From Pseudogymnoascus verrucosus (lineage: Eukaryota): a stretch of 64,000 bases of DNA. The stretch lies in assembly GCA_001662655.1 (NCBI GenBank), contig KV460214.1; one strand, given 5' to 3'. Made by a program: the position numbers and the translations under genes. Shown piece by piece: positions 1 to 11,783 of this stretch (position 1 is its first letter; the number at the start of each line of letters is the position of its first letter). The notes beneath the pieces were generated by a model. That model saw only the letters and a program-made list of their open reading frames with translations. It ran no database searches and was not told the origin of the DNA.

Positions 1-1811
1 AAGCGACTCGCCCACCAAAACACCAGAATATGACTATTACTACTACTACACTACCACCACCTTATATAATAACCCTTATTCTATTGCAATTGATTCCTGG
101 CGCCTCTCGCACGTACGAGCATTATGCCCCATATTACCACATGTGCCACATCGCCGCTGTCGGCCTGTAGAACCCACCTGCCGAGTAGTCTCACTTGCCA
201 CCTCCGTACGGAGTTGAGCATCAACCTCAGCACTCTGAAGGATATCCTCTCCCTCTCGTACGGAGAGACTGCCCCCTTGCATTATACGCCTCTTACGCTT
301 CCTTTCCCTCCTCTTTTTCTGTTCATTTGCAGCCTGTAGAGCCTTAACCTCTGCCTTAAGTAGAATAGCAGAATGCATCATCATTTCTGCCCCTTTAACA
401 AGGCAGCTAATAGCATCATTAATTGAGGTAGGAGAGCTGTTCTGATGTCGTACGATGCAGTTCTTAATGTGCTCTGTTTGAAAGTTAAGCTCCCGTATAG
501 TTTAAGGAGTCTTTGAAGTCCAATTGCTACTCTCAACTATAGGAGGAGTTGGAGTCCTTAAGCGTAGATTTAAGTAAGAGAGGACAGTCTGTAGCTTGTA
601 CGGAACTAGCCCTGTAGCCTAGAATCCGCTCTTAATGTTCTACTCTATAAATGTAGCTTTGAATGCTTCTTTGAATGTAGAGAGGAACTCGAGCTTTGTA
701 ATGTGGTTTAGCTAGTTTTGTACGAAGGTTTCAATCTGCTTTCCGTACGAGAGCTTTAGTGGCGCAAAGCAGCTTACATTAAGAGGCTGAAGAATGTGCA
801 ACGAGTGTGGTGGCATACAGAGGGTAATTATCTTCTGTTCTGTGCAGTAGTGTTGAAATTGAGCAGAGAGGTGGCTCTCATGCCTATCGAGAATAAGAAG
901 GCGATAGGTTCCGACCGTACGAGCATTTGTATGCTGATCGAAGTGTTAAATCTACTCGTACCTAATTGAATTTAAAGTCCACCCATTCTCACTTAGTGTA
1001 ATTACCTAGTCGTGTAGTAATCCTAAGTCCTCGTACTAAGTAGAGAGGTGATTCTGTGCCTTGAAAATAATGAATGGCGGGAGTGCCCATCCGTACGAAT
1101 TAACACCTTAAATAATTAACACCTACTCTCTATTTCTAGGCTGTATAGTCTTTAGACGGCTCTTTGCTTCTAAGCTTGTAACTACTTTTGCAGTAGCAAT
1201 AACTCCTATTGTGAAACCTACTTCATCAAAGTTGTAGATGTCCTACTCTAAGATTCCGTATTTTGTAATTGTGTTTCGTACGAGGGAGAACCACCCTTTA
1301 ATTATCTTCGGATCTTCGCATTTTGCTCGTTTATAGTCATACTTCTGACTAAACTTTGCTTTAATTTCCGTACGACGCTTTATGAAGTTAGTAGTCCAAT
1401 TCTTCCCAACAGGGCTCTTGCCTCGTTCAGAGAGTAGAAGGTCAGCCATTTCTTGTACAGCTTGCGGCCAGGGGGGAAATCCACGTGAATCTAGGTCGAG
1501 AATGTACTGAACGAGAGCTGACTCTTCGTACGAAGTCAGATTCTGTGATTTAGGAATAGAATCGCGTTAAGAAGCCATTCCGTGAATCCGATCGCGTAAG
1601 GTCGTTCAGGGGATATCGTACGAAGCTGCAGCTGCTCGAACACTTCGAAATTGGCCTTGTTTGATTGCATTAATAGCCAATAGTATTCGATCCTCTTAAT
1701 TAGAGGATTGGGCTTGTGTTGGTTGTGGCATGTTTACATTTGTCAAGTCGACGCGTTTTAGTGTTTTAGTAGGCGAGTCGCTTGTGTAGGCGAGTCGCTT
1801 GTGAAATACGT
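1..1811 (-). mobile_element. Fot1/pogo-like DNA transposon (Tc1-mariner superfamily), RIP-mutated; left TIR cut by the window edge
   Basis: The right TIR (~1761-1811) ends ...GTGAAATACGT followed by TA and has an internal 17-bp direct repeat. Positions 1-24 (AAGCGACTCGCCCACCAAAACACC) are the reverse complement of 1760-1783 except for transitions. The element encloses a decayed transposase. Confidence 0.93.
76..1731 (-). pseudogene. Fot1/pogo transposase pseudogene (HTH-psq, CENP-B-type HTH, DDE, C-terminal CCHC knuckle)
   Basis: Manual translation from ATG 1731 gives MPQPTQAQSSN*EDRILLAINAIKQGQFRSVRAAAASYDIP*TTLRDR...DSRGFPPRPQAVQEMADLLL...VGKNWTTNFIKRR, ending RRCGTCGNMGHNARTC. Many TAA/TAG/TGA stops are explicable by C>T or G>A transitions. 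Confidence 0.92.
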
Positions 1812-2004
1812 TATAGGTTTTTTTTTTTTTTTTTTTTTCATGGTTGTTTCTAAAATCTGCGAATAAGTTGTAATCTATTTATTATTTCAACTTTAATATT
1901 TTAACATAAATCCCCCCGGCCCCCCCATATCGGTCGTCATTAACTCTATTTCACACCTAATAACCTCACTTAGAAATACTACCCCGAATGAATCTAACAT
2001 GTAG

Positions 2005-2020
2005 AAAAAAGAAAAAAAAA
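2005..2020 (-). terminator. Probable RNA polymerase III oligo-T terminator of tRNA-Gly
   Basis: The minus strand reads T9-C-T6, starting about 30 nt downstream of the tRNA 3' end. Confidence 0.7.
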
Positions 2021-2049
2021 CACAACTCCGAATTGGAGAGTCTTTATTT

Positions 2050-2120
2050 TGCATCAGCCGTGAATCGAACACGGGGCCCATCGATGGCAACGATGGATTT
2101 TACCACTAAACCACTGATGC
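2050..2120 (-). tRNA. tG(GCC): tRNA-Gly (anticodon GCC), intronless, 71 nt
   Basis: The reverse complement reads GCATCAG TG GTTTAGTGGTAAAAT C CATCG TTGCCAT CGATG GGCC CCGTG TTCGATT CACGG CTGATGC A. Acceptor, anticodon and T stems are perfect, with A box TGGTTTAGTGG and B box GTTCGATTC. Confidence 0.97.
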
Positions 2121-2606
2121 TGGATTCCTGTTATCCAATTACCGTATTTCGTTCTATGTTAGCGGGCCCGGCTGCTTTTACCACCACGCTTTTCGGTTTT
2201 CGCGACTTCGCAAAAGCAGCCGCCCGTTTCTCGTTTCCCGTTTCCCTATTTCTGCAGCATCCAACACCACATTCCGTTTCTGGTTTCTACATCCTAGACC
2301 GTTGGGCGTCCCTAGGTGGGTTTCTAATTCTAGTATTTAGCTTTACGTTCGCACAAAGCTGTAGACATCATGTCGGCGTCGGCGCATGGCCCACCCCTAG
2401 TTTAGTGTCCACACACACCTGCTCCTTCTCTTCCCTTCATTCCCCCGTCTTCCCTTTCGTCTTTCCTACCATTTTCCTTCGCATCTTACCTCTCATATTT
2501 CCCTTGTTCTTGTTTTGCTTTTTACGCGTTACTTTGCTTGTCTCTTAATCTTTGAAGAGAACAGTGGTTATAAAGCTCTCAAAGGATGAACTACTAGCAG
2601 ATATCG
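2121..2606 (+). repeat. Element left-end segment U, copy 1 (abuts the tRNA 5' end)
   Basis: Alignable along its length with 13008-13479, and partly with 19506-19620 and 31962-32103. The pyrimidine-rich stretch ends in the stub ORF (I/M)KLSKDELLADI. Confidence 0.9.
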
Positions 2607-3114
2607 AGCAGCAGGGTGTTACGGCTGGAACATGCAACCCATATGCCGCAAGGTACAGTAATAAGGTATTTATTGTGTTCTACTGTGAAGCTTCTGCTCC
2701 GTTTGCCGAAGAGACTGATTACGGTTGTCGGGGATGGCCACACAAATTCGCGTGCAGTTCTCCGTATTCCGGAATTACCTCCAACAGTACCTCTCTCCAA
2801 GTTATCTGTAGATAAGACCCTTATCTTTTAAACCTATCATATCAACCATCAAGCAGCCCTATACATCTCTTACTCTACGACTGTCTTTAGTAATATGCAC
2901 CCTTAGGTGGAACTTTATTTGAGCCGTCTTCCCACGTTTTTTATTTATAATGCATCCTAGTCCCCGCAGCAGCAATTGTTCTAGCTGCAACCCATGCTTG
3001 CCGGAAACGTATGCCATCTCGTGAACTCCACGCTTTCTTTGTTCAAAACCAAAGCTTCTTAAGAGTACGAGACTTTCGTAACCGTCGTCTCAACGAGAAT
3101 CACCTGCACGCCTT

Positions 3115-4727
3115 ATGTCAAGTACAAGATCTCGCCAGGGATGTGAAGAGTGTCGACGGCGACGCAGAAAGTGCGACGAGCAGAAGCCTTGTTGTGGGCA
3201 CTGCTCGGCTTTTAATAGAACATGCAGTTATCAATTGAGAGTAGTATGTGGTGGTGGCGGCGGCCGGAAGCACAAAAGGCCCCTACTTGGCCAGCCCTTG
3301 CGACATGCAGATCGATATGTTGTAGACACAGGTAAAGTAAACTTGATTCGTTATTAGCCACCACCCGCATTAACTGATGCTAGTCAATGAGAACGGTGCA
3401 TTAGTACACCGCACAAAGGACTCTACTGGGAAAGCCCGTGAGCTGTCAAATGCTCTGCCTCGATGTCTGCAAAATGGAATTTCCCTACCGCCAAAGTATC
3501 AAAAGCTCCTGGTTTATTTTATAGATGATGTTCTCGCCTCTCTATCGTGCCACCCCTCGATACAGGAGGACCTCCGCATGGGGCTGGTTCCCGTGATGCT
3601 CCATTCGCCCCAACTCATGTCAGCTTGCCTCGCCCTATCGGCCGCTGGCTTTCTATCGCGGGGGATCTTGGAGGTGGAGGGTGTTGAAATCCCGAGGATC
3701 TTGGGGCATTTACAAACTTCGGGTCTCGCACTGTTGAGAAGTGCCTTGGATTCCGGGGAGAGGACCGAGACCTTGCCGGCTACGTGCTTGATTTGGTGCC
3801 TGACAGATGTCTTTACATACCGTCAGGGGATATCATCCTGGCAAATCCATTTACAGGGCATCGGAGCCCTGCTGGACGGAAGTGAGGCCCATCGCGACTT
3901 TGCCACTCCGTCTGGGTCTTTTCGGTCTGCAATGAGACACCTCTACCAACTATACCTCTCTCTACAAACTCTCCCTCACATACCTACAGTGGAATCTCTC
4001 GAGAATTCAGCACAGTTAGGCGTACGAGCCTCTCAAAATTCCGAATGGACATCAATGACAAGCCCCGAGATAGATGGATTCTTGGGCTATAGTAGCGAGC
4101 TCCTAGATGTTTTGCAGCAAATCGATCAACTATCCCGTTCCGTCTCCGGAAACGAAGCACAGTCGATATCCGAAGCCGATATCCTCCTTGGCAAAGTCCA
4201 AGGCATGATTAGTCGTGACACAACATCTCCACGAGATATCTCGATCTGCACGCCCTTATCTCCGGAATACAACCGCGAGTTCGCTCTCTGCCATCAGACC
4301 TTCCAACAAGCCACATTAATCCACCTATACAGAAAATTATATCACCATCCGTCGGGCTCCCCGTCCATACAAGCTGCCGTTCGATCGATCGAGGAAATGG
4401 TCGGCAACATGATCCAGGGACAGCCGTGCCACACCTGGGTCGCTATGGCGATGCCTCTTTTCACGCTCGGCTGTGAAGCCTTCACCGAGAAGCAGCAGGT
4501 CTTTACGATGGATAAAATCAAGAAACTAGAGGATTGCATTGGATCGCTACATGTGAAATGTATTCGACAAGCTTTGGAGGATATTTGGAAAGTTAGAGAG
4601 GATCTAGGGGACCGTGAGGGAACGCTGTGCGCAAGCCAACTTCTTGGTAGGTGCCGCTTCGAAGATGTACGCTTAAGGCTAATGTTATGATGCAGCTGAA
4701 CTGCGATATAACATCATACTATTCTGA
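3115..4727 (+). CDS. Zn(II)2Cys6 transcription factor with Fungal_trans_2-type domain (about 3 exons)
   Basis: GCEECRRRRRKCDEQKPCCGHCSAFNRTC motif. Introns at ~3332-3383 and ~4647-4695. The last exon reads ELRYNIILF*. Confidence 0.88.
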
Positions 4728-5051
4728 TATTTGCAGAGATTTGATCGACACGAATAAGCAATAAAACACCGAGGCGAATAAATGCCACTTGAACTTCCAA
4801 CTATGGGCCATCACGATAAGACATAGGAACATTGCATCTTTGGTTTCTATGGAATCAGGTGATAAAACAGCTCACTAGGCGCACAAACGACAAGCAGCAA
4901 AACAGGTATATCACAGAAAAGGTCAATTTTAACAACATCACAAGCAGCTACTACCCAACACATAATGTCAGCCACGGCCAAGTCTGACCCAGTCGCCTAA
5001 GCACTTAAGACCCGACAACCAAGATCTAACCCCGTCTGCGATCGTTCTCTT

Positions 5052-6581
5052 TCATAACTCGGAGTTATCTCCCGCATCAATCATTCTGCTCAAAGGCCCC
5101 TTTTTCACCATCATGCTCATAATCTCATAAAGCACATCGGCCGCAGCCATGGTAGTGTGCTCAGCATTCGTATCGTAAGCGGGCTATATGCGGATTCCTG
5201 TTAGTCGACGCTCCCGCTCAGATTTCCAAAGGCATTAACAACATACCGCAACCTCAACAATATCCGCCGCAATCAAATTAATATTCTCCAGCCCGCGCAG
5301 GATCGTCCGAAGCTCTCTCGTCGACCAGCCCCCCGTCTCGGGCGTGCCTGTGGCGGGCGCAAACGCAGGGTCGAGAGTGTCAATATCGATGGATAGGTAG
5401 ACAGGTCGCTCGGTCCCAACCCTGTCGACGATCTTCTTGATGATGCCCTCTGTGCCGATGGTGTCAATCTCGCGCGCCTCGACGATCTCGAACCCGCAGT
5501 ACCCGTCGTTGTCGTAGTCGCTAGGCCCACTCAGCGTGGTGCGGATACCAGCGTGGATGTTGGTGTCGTTGGAGAGCAGGCCCTCCATCGCGGCGTGGTA
5601 GAAGTAGGTCCCGTGGTTGATGGCCGCGACGTCGGAGGGGGATCCGCCAAAGACCTTGGGCTTCCCTGTGTTTTGGGATTGGGATCAGTACTGATGTATA
5701 TCGAACTGGGGCTGGTGGGGGGGGGGGGCTTACAGGTGTCGAGGTGGCTGTCGAAGTGGATCACCGAGACGGGACCATAGGCGCGGTTGATGGAGCGCAG
5801 GAGCGGTAGGGAGATGGTATGGTCTCCTCCGAGGGTGATCACGCGGGGTAGGGTTCTTCCCTGGATCGCGGGGCCTCTTTTGTCGGCGTCGGTTGCGGGG
5901 GCGCGGGAGAGGATCTCAAAGTGGCCTTCCTCGATTTGTTTGAGTGCGTATGTGTTGTCATATCTTGGTCTCTGTCAGTGTCATCATCTAACGTACATCG
6001 GGAGTCTTACGAGGTAACGGGGATATCACCACAATCGAGGACAGTGGCCCAGCTGTTGAAGGGGTTCGTTTTGAGGGGGACGTTGTAGCCTCCGCTGGTG
6101 TTCTGGTCAGTATTCGTTCGATTGACAGGGTGTGATGGGCAGGTTATATACTAGAGATTCAGTCGGCGGGAGCCTTGTCTAATGCCCGAAGGCCCGAAGC
6201 GGGCGCCTGGGCGGTAGGAGGTTCCGGTATCGAACGGGGCACCTTATTAAAACATTAGCTGTGTTCAATCAGAGAACTAATATCTGTTTCATACCGATGA
6301 ACGCAATGTCGTATTTTGCATCAGGGTTCTGAAGGCAGGGCTGGTAGGGGAGACGGCCGAAGGTAGTAATGCCAGAGAAGACAGAGTCCGCCTAGAGTTT
6401 GTAAGCAGTTTGACCTCGGAAGGAGTTATATGCCTGGGAGTCAAATGACCTGCGTGCCGCCATCTCCGGGCAGTCTGGTGTACCATAGGGACTGATGGGG
6501 TCCTTCGATGACTTTCTGGTCATGCCCAGAATGAGCGGTGGCAATGGCTATCCAGCCGAGTGCTAAGAGTGCGGCGTACAT
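5052..6581 (-). CDS. Agmatinase/guanidinobutyrase-like ureohydrolase (arginase family), multi-exon, with signal peptide
   Basis: Motifs [35 protein letters not shown] and [14 protein letters not shown]-terminus [17 protein letters not shown]-terminus DNSEL*. Confidence 0.92.
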
Positions 6582-6770
6582 TATGCTTCCTGGTTTTAAT
6601 TTGGATTTCTTGGGGAAAAAAGCCTATGAGGATTTATCAGTGGCAGCGGTTCATTTCTTATATCACAAATTTGAGTTTGACCTCGTCTAGAATTGACTAA
6701 TGTTGTTGAAGGCGCTCCTGCCAACTATGCCGTCCCGTTAAGTGCCGCCATAGTTTCGAAGCTTTTTACA

Positions 6771-6974
6771 CAAATAGTATCGATAAGACTTAAAAATATC
6801 TCATCGTGGTGGTTCCAGGCGCGTATTTTACTACATCCAGCTTGGCGGACCTGCCTCCACGTTTCTTGTCTGCAAATGGTATCGATAAAACTTAAAAGTA
6901 TCACATCATGGTGTTTCCAGGCGCCTATTTTACCACATCCAGCTTAGCGGATGGGCCTCCACGTTTCTTGTCTG
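6771..6974 (+). repeat. Two-copy 102-bp tandem duplication in the divergent agmatinase/MATE promoter
   Basis: 6771-6872 and 6873-6974 both run CAAAT(A/G)GTATCGATAA...CCTCCACGTTTCTTGTCTG. Confidence 0.92.
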
Positions 6975-7413
6975 TCCCCAGAATCCCGCAACAACACCCA
7001 GCTCAGTTATCGTGGGTATATTACCAGATAAAGTTAGCGCAATATGCATATTGTGGATTGATAGTGCTGCATATCTCCAGCGTGCATGGATTACGTCTCC
7101 GTGCAAAGGCTTGTATCTACACCATGTTATTAATATCGGGTCTCTACGTTATTGTGGCATGTCAAATAGTAATTCCGACGTCTTATCGTCGAGCCCTGTG
7201 TTGATCGGGATTTTAAGGGCTGAACATTGGTCGATAACGATGTATGTATGATAGCGCTGATAATACATCAAATGTCTTGCACAAATATTCCGGTGGCTAA
7301 AAGCCTATGGGTGACCACGCTTGGGTGCAATTTGATCTTGTCTGAAAGGACGATCTGAAAGGGCGACCGCGCGAACCAAAACACGAGTTGAGGTACAACC
7401 CCAAGCTTTCGAC

Positions 7414-8931
7414 ATGAGTCCGAAAACATCTACAAGCATGCAAAAGTCGCGAGCCCAGGAGGGCAGCTTCCCGTCAGTCCTCGAGGAACATCTGGATGAA
7501 ACGTCGCCTCTGCTCCCAGCTTCGCCATCAAGCCGATCAACTGCCCGACCAGAATACGTCGAATGGCTGGCTGAGATGTGGTTCTTGACCAAGGCGTCCA
7601 TCCCGGTCATTCTGGCCTATATGCTCCAGAATAGTCTGCAAACGGCCTCGATATTGGTTGCAGGGCGAATTTCCTCGGAAGCGTTGGCAGTCGCCGCGTT
7701 CTCCTATATGTTTGCAATGGCAACAGCATGGCTAATCGCCCTTGGTGGAACGAGCGCTTTAGATACTCTAGCCTCGAGCAGTTTCACGGCCTCCAAGGAC
7801 AAAGGAAACCTCGGTATTCTTCTGCAGAGGGGAATCATCGTTTTAACTGCTTTCTATGCAGTAGTTGTTGTTATATGGGGTCTCTCCGAGCACCTCTTCA
7901 GGGCGCTTGGACAGCCAGAGCACATTTGCATGCAGAGTTCCAAGTTTCTTCATTTACTTGCCCCGGGTGGCCTTGGCTATGTCTGGTTCGAGTGCATGAA
8001 GAAATTCCTTCAGGCCCAAGGGATATACCGACCCGGCACATACGTTCTTTTTGTTACCTCGCCGCTCAATATTATCCTCAACTATCTCTTCATTTTCACT
8101 TTTAACTTTGGTGTATACGGCGCGCCAGTAGCAACGGGCATCTCATATTGGCTCTCGTTTCTTCTCCTAGTGGCTTACGCGGGACTCGTTGGAGGCAAGG
8201 AATGCTGGAGTGGGTTCAAGCCAAGACAAGCTCTTAGAAACCCATGGCCTTTTGCCAATCTTGCGTTTTTAGGCGTCATCCATGTCGGAACAGAGTGGTG
8301 GGCGTTCGAAATTGTTGCTCTCGCCGCTGGCCGGCTCGGCACCCTACCCCTTGCAGCTCAGTCCGTTGTCATGACGACCGATCAGATTATCACTACTATT
8401 CCATTCGGCCTCGGTGTTGCCGAGTCGGCTCGATTGGGCAACTTGCTGGGGGCTAAAAACTCCAAGGGAGCTAGACGATCTGCACATTGCGCTGCTATCC
8501 TTTCCGTCTTCTTCGGCTCCGTCATTCTCACTATTTTGTTCGCGACAAGAAATGTCATTGGTGGTCTATTTAGCGATGACAAGCGCGTCATTGCCCTTGT
8601 TGCTGAGATTATTCCATATGTTGCACTGTTCCAGGTTGCAGATGGATTGAATGGCAGTTGTGGTGGGGCCTTGAGGGGTATGGGCCGCCAGTGGGTTGGG
8701 GCACTTGTTAATTGTATAAGTTACTATGGAGGTGCTCTTCCTGGGGGGGTTTATCTTGCCTTCCACGGATGGGGTCTGGCTGGTCTGTGGCTGGGACAAT
8801 GCGTGGCGCTGTCGCTCGTGGGCATTTTGGAGTGGGTCATCGTCGGGTTGAGCAACTGGGACAATGAGGTCCGGAAGGCTGCCGATCGATTAGATGATAA
8901 TGAACAAGAACAGCTTGTCTTACCCAGCTAG
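7414..8931 (+). CDS. MATE family efflux transporter
   Basis: 505 aa with about 12 hydrophobic segments. Motifs ALDTLASSSF, EWWAFEIVALAAG, RLGNLLGA and GALRGMGRQ. Confidence 0.93.
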   Translation: MSPKTSTSMQKSRAQEGSFPSVLEEHLDETSPLLPASPSSRSTARPEYVEWLAEMWFLTKASIPVILAYMLQNSLQTASILVAGRISSEALAVAAFSYMFAMATAWLIALGGTSALDTLASSSFTASKDKGNLGILLQRGIIVLTAFYAVVVVIWGLSEHLFRALGQPEHICMQSSKFLHLLAPGGLGYVWFECMKKFLQAQGIYRPGTYVLFVTSPLNIILNYLFIFTFNFGVYGAPVATGISYWLSFLLLVAYAGLVGGKECWSGFKPRQALRNPWPFANLAFLGVIHVGTEWWAFEIVALAAGRLGTLPLAAQSVVMTTDQIITTIPFGLGVAESARLGNLLGAKNSKGARRSAHCAAILSVFFGSVILTILFATRNVIGGLFSDDKRVIALVAEIIPYVALFQVADGLNGSCGGALRGMGRQWVGALVNCISYYGGALPGGVYLAFHGWGLAGLWLGQCVALSLVGILEWVIVGLSNWDNEVRKAADRLDDNEQEQLVLPS

Positions 8932-9737
8932 TAGACAATAGAGACCAAAACAATACGGTCGAATATCAAGACTTGTCACGTGTGTTCTGCCCCCTTCCGC
9001 AGTAACTTACGTAGCAAAGACCAGAGAAACGTCTCGCATACGCCTAGATAAACCCAGGTTATCCTTCTCCTGAAATTATGAGGTTAAAGAGGATAACGTA
9101 TAATTATTTATATTGAAGTCTAGGTGAAGATAAATCATACAAAAGAGGCTTCTGCTATGTGATATTTTTGGTGAGGAAAGCTCGGACTAGGACTAGCCGT
9201 TTTTGTTCGATATTTAGCAAACTCTATGTAACCCTTCACTATAATTTACTATGTAATGGTACCCCCTTTTTTTGCCCTTCGATGATGCATTTACTTCCTC
9301 TGACTATGAGCCAGCGGTTCCGACGATCACACCCTTACCGCATCCGCTAATCAGACGTTGCGGATGAGGCGCTATTCCAACGCCAGGGGATAGATAAGCA
9401 ACTTAGTCGTATGGGAGGTCTGCTCTGATAAGGCGCGTACATTTCCCTTCTTGGTCTTCTTATTGCCTTGTAAGATGCAACAGTGGAGATAGGTAAGGGA
9501 GATAAGGAGCCGGAGTTTCAGGATACCATACAACCAACAGACGAAGCATCTAACTTACCTCTACAGCGCATAGCTACGATAAGGTCGAAATTATGAGGTA
9601 GTTCTGTATCGTATATAGCTGTATATAATAATATTTATATACGACGATCCCAAGCATTGGCTTCAGTAATGTACACTGGCGGTTCGTTCAAGCTGAACTA
9701 TTACAATTAATTGATTTTGACGACATACTCCAGGACA

Positions 9738-11536
9738 ATGATCTCCAAGAGTATGGAGAATGAGAAACAGCTCGCACTTGCTATAGATTCAGGAGGCTCC
9801 GTTGCGGATGGATCAATAAGCCATGCAGCGAATGAAATAGTGTTGAGTAAAGAAGGCTTTAAGCTGTTCCCTCAACCTGTACTTGGCGACAACCTTGACC
9901 CTCTGAACTGGTCCTTCGTTCAGAAGCATACGATTTTGGCTATTGTAATGTCTATGTGAGTTTTACAGCAGGCATTTTATCTCCATTCTAAAGTCAATTA
10001 AGCTCGGATTCTAATACATTGGCATTGTTAGCTACTTCATGTTCACCTACATCACGACCACTACAGTGCCATCATTCCCAGCGCTGGAGGAGAAGTACTC
10101 TGCTAGCTTGGAACAAATCAATTGGACAGTCGCAATTCCTGCTCTTGGTCTCTCCGTCGGACCGCTGCTATGGGCCTCTATAGCGGGCATCATTGGACGT
10201 CGTCCTATTCTCATATTCGGCACAGTTATGGCTCTGGCCGCCACAATTGGAGCTGCTCTTGCCCCGAACTACTCGAGTTATATGGCTGCACGCTTCTTTC
10301 AAGGGCTTGGTGTCAGCCCGGCATCCAATGTTGGCCTAGCCGTAATAAACGACATTTTCTTTGAACACGAGCGCGGCCAAAAGGTGGGACTCTGGGTATT
10401 GGCAATTGATTTGGGTCTTTACTTTGGGCCACTTATAGGTGGCGTTATCAATCTTGCCGGTCACATCTGGATTCAGTGGCTATCCGCTATTCTCTTCGGA
10501 GCGATCTTAATTGCTGAACTCCTTTTTCTACCGGAGACTTTATACCCACGGCACCTCATGCTATCCAAGGTATACCGTGGAGATGTGTCACAGCAGGGTG
10601 TCGAGGAGATTTCAGTCAGAGACTCTACTGGTGAACCTGAGAACATACTAAAAACCAAGCGGCTCCCATTCATAAATGTTACTCCGCTTCCAGGGGTCCA
10701 GCATCCGAAGCCTTATGACACTATGACCCAATTTATTAAAACATTCAAGTTCATTGTCGTTCCTATTTCAATCATGACCTATTGCTTTGGTTGGTACTGG
10801 TGGGTACTGTCAGTGGTCACTCTAGTTCCAATCGCATATGAGCAATATCCGCCACAAATTCAGGGGTAAGCGTCACTATTAGTGCATAATTAAGGGAATT
10901 GTCACGCTAAATTATTACAGACTTCTTTATCTTGGGCTCATTGTGGGTACCCTGGTCTCCGAGGTCCTTTATTCCGGTAGTTTGAGCGACTGGATAGTGA
11001 TCAAACTAGCCAAACGCAACAACCACCAGAAGACTCCTGAGATGCGCATCTGGCTTACCTATCCCGCGGTTATTCTCACCGCAGTTGGGTTGGTTGTCTG
11101 GGGGGTCAGTATTGACCGCGGGTATCACTGGATGGTAGGCCAAGTCGCTTTGGCTATTTGTAAGTCAGACCGGATGATCCTTTCTTTTTCAACTTCCGCT
11201 AATTGCTGCTATAAAGTTGGTGCTGGTGTTCAAATGGGCAACACTGCCATTTGTTCGTATGTGGTGGATGCATATCCCTTGCAAAGCATGGCTATGATGA
11301 CCTTCTATGCCGTGATGCTCAACTTGTCAGCATTTCTGGATCCATTTTTCATTGTTTCGTGGGTGGAAAATATCGGGTTTACTTGGACGTTCATTGGCCA
11401 CGCCATTATCACCGTTGTCGTTTGTATTCCAGTAATGGCTGTGCTTCACCGGTTTGGGAGAACACTGTGCGAGAAGTCTGGAAGCCCAACATGGGTAAAT
11501 CCAGAGTATGAAGTTCATACTCCCAGTAGTATATGA
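9738..11536 (+). CDS. MFS transporter (DHA1-like), about 4 exons
   Basis: PQP..D.LDPLNWS N-terminal motif, plus IGRRPILI, DIFFEHERG, FLPETLY and PEMRIW. Confidence 0.9.
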
Positions 11537-11731
11537 TATGAGATGATATAAATGATATGGTATGATATAAATGATATGATATATCATATAATACCATACC
11601 ACGATGAAGTTTTTACATAGGGATAGATATCATCTCATATCACGGTCTTCACCATGTGATATATCATATCATATCACACCACTTGAAAGTCCCATATAAT
11701 GATATAAATGATATGATATCCACGCAGGCCT
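11530..11731. repeat. Degenerate (ATATG)n/(CATAT)n array with inverted blocks; possible MITE remnant
   Basis: GATATGATAT-type pentamers occur on both strands. ATGATATAAATGATATG appears three times. Confidence 0.7.
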
Positions 11732-11783
11732 CCACGTACCATCGCGTGCTACTATAATACCTACCGATGTGTGAGGAAAGGCG

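Noticed and set aside
1988..2548. 186-aa ORF, and similar ORFs at 12131-12475, 13157-13421, 18619-19236, 19355-19603 and 35563-35796
   Set aside because: They overlap the tRNA or U/D repeats, their frames are not conserved between copies, and their composition is low-complexity.
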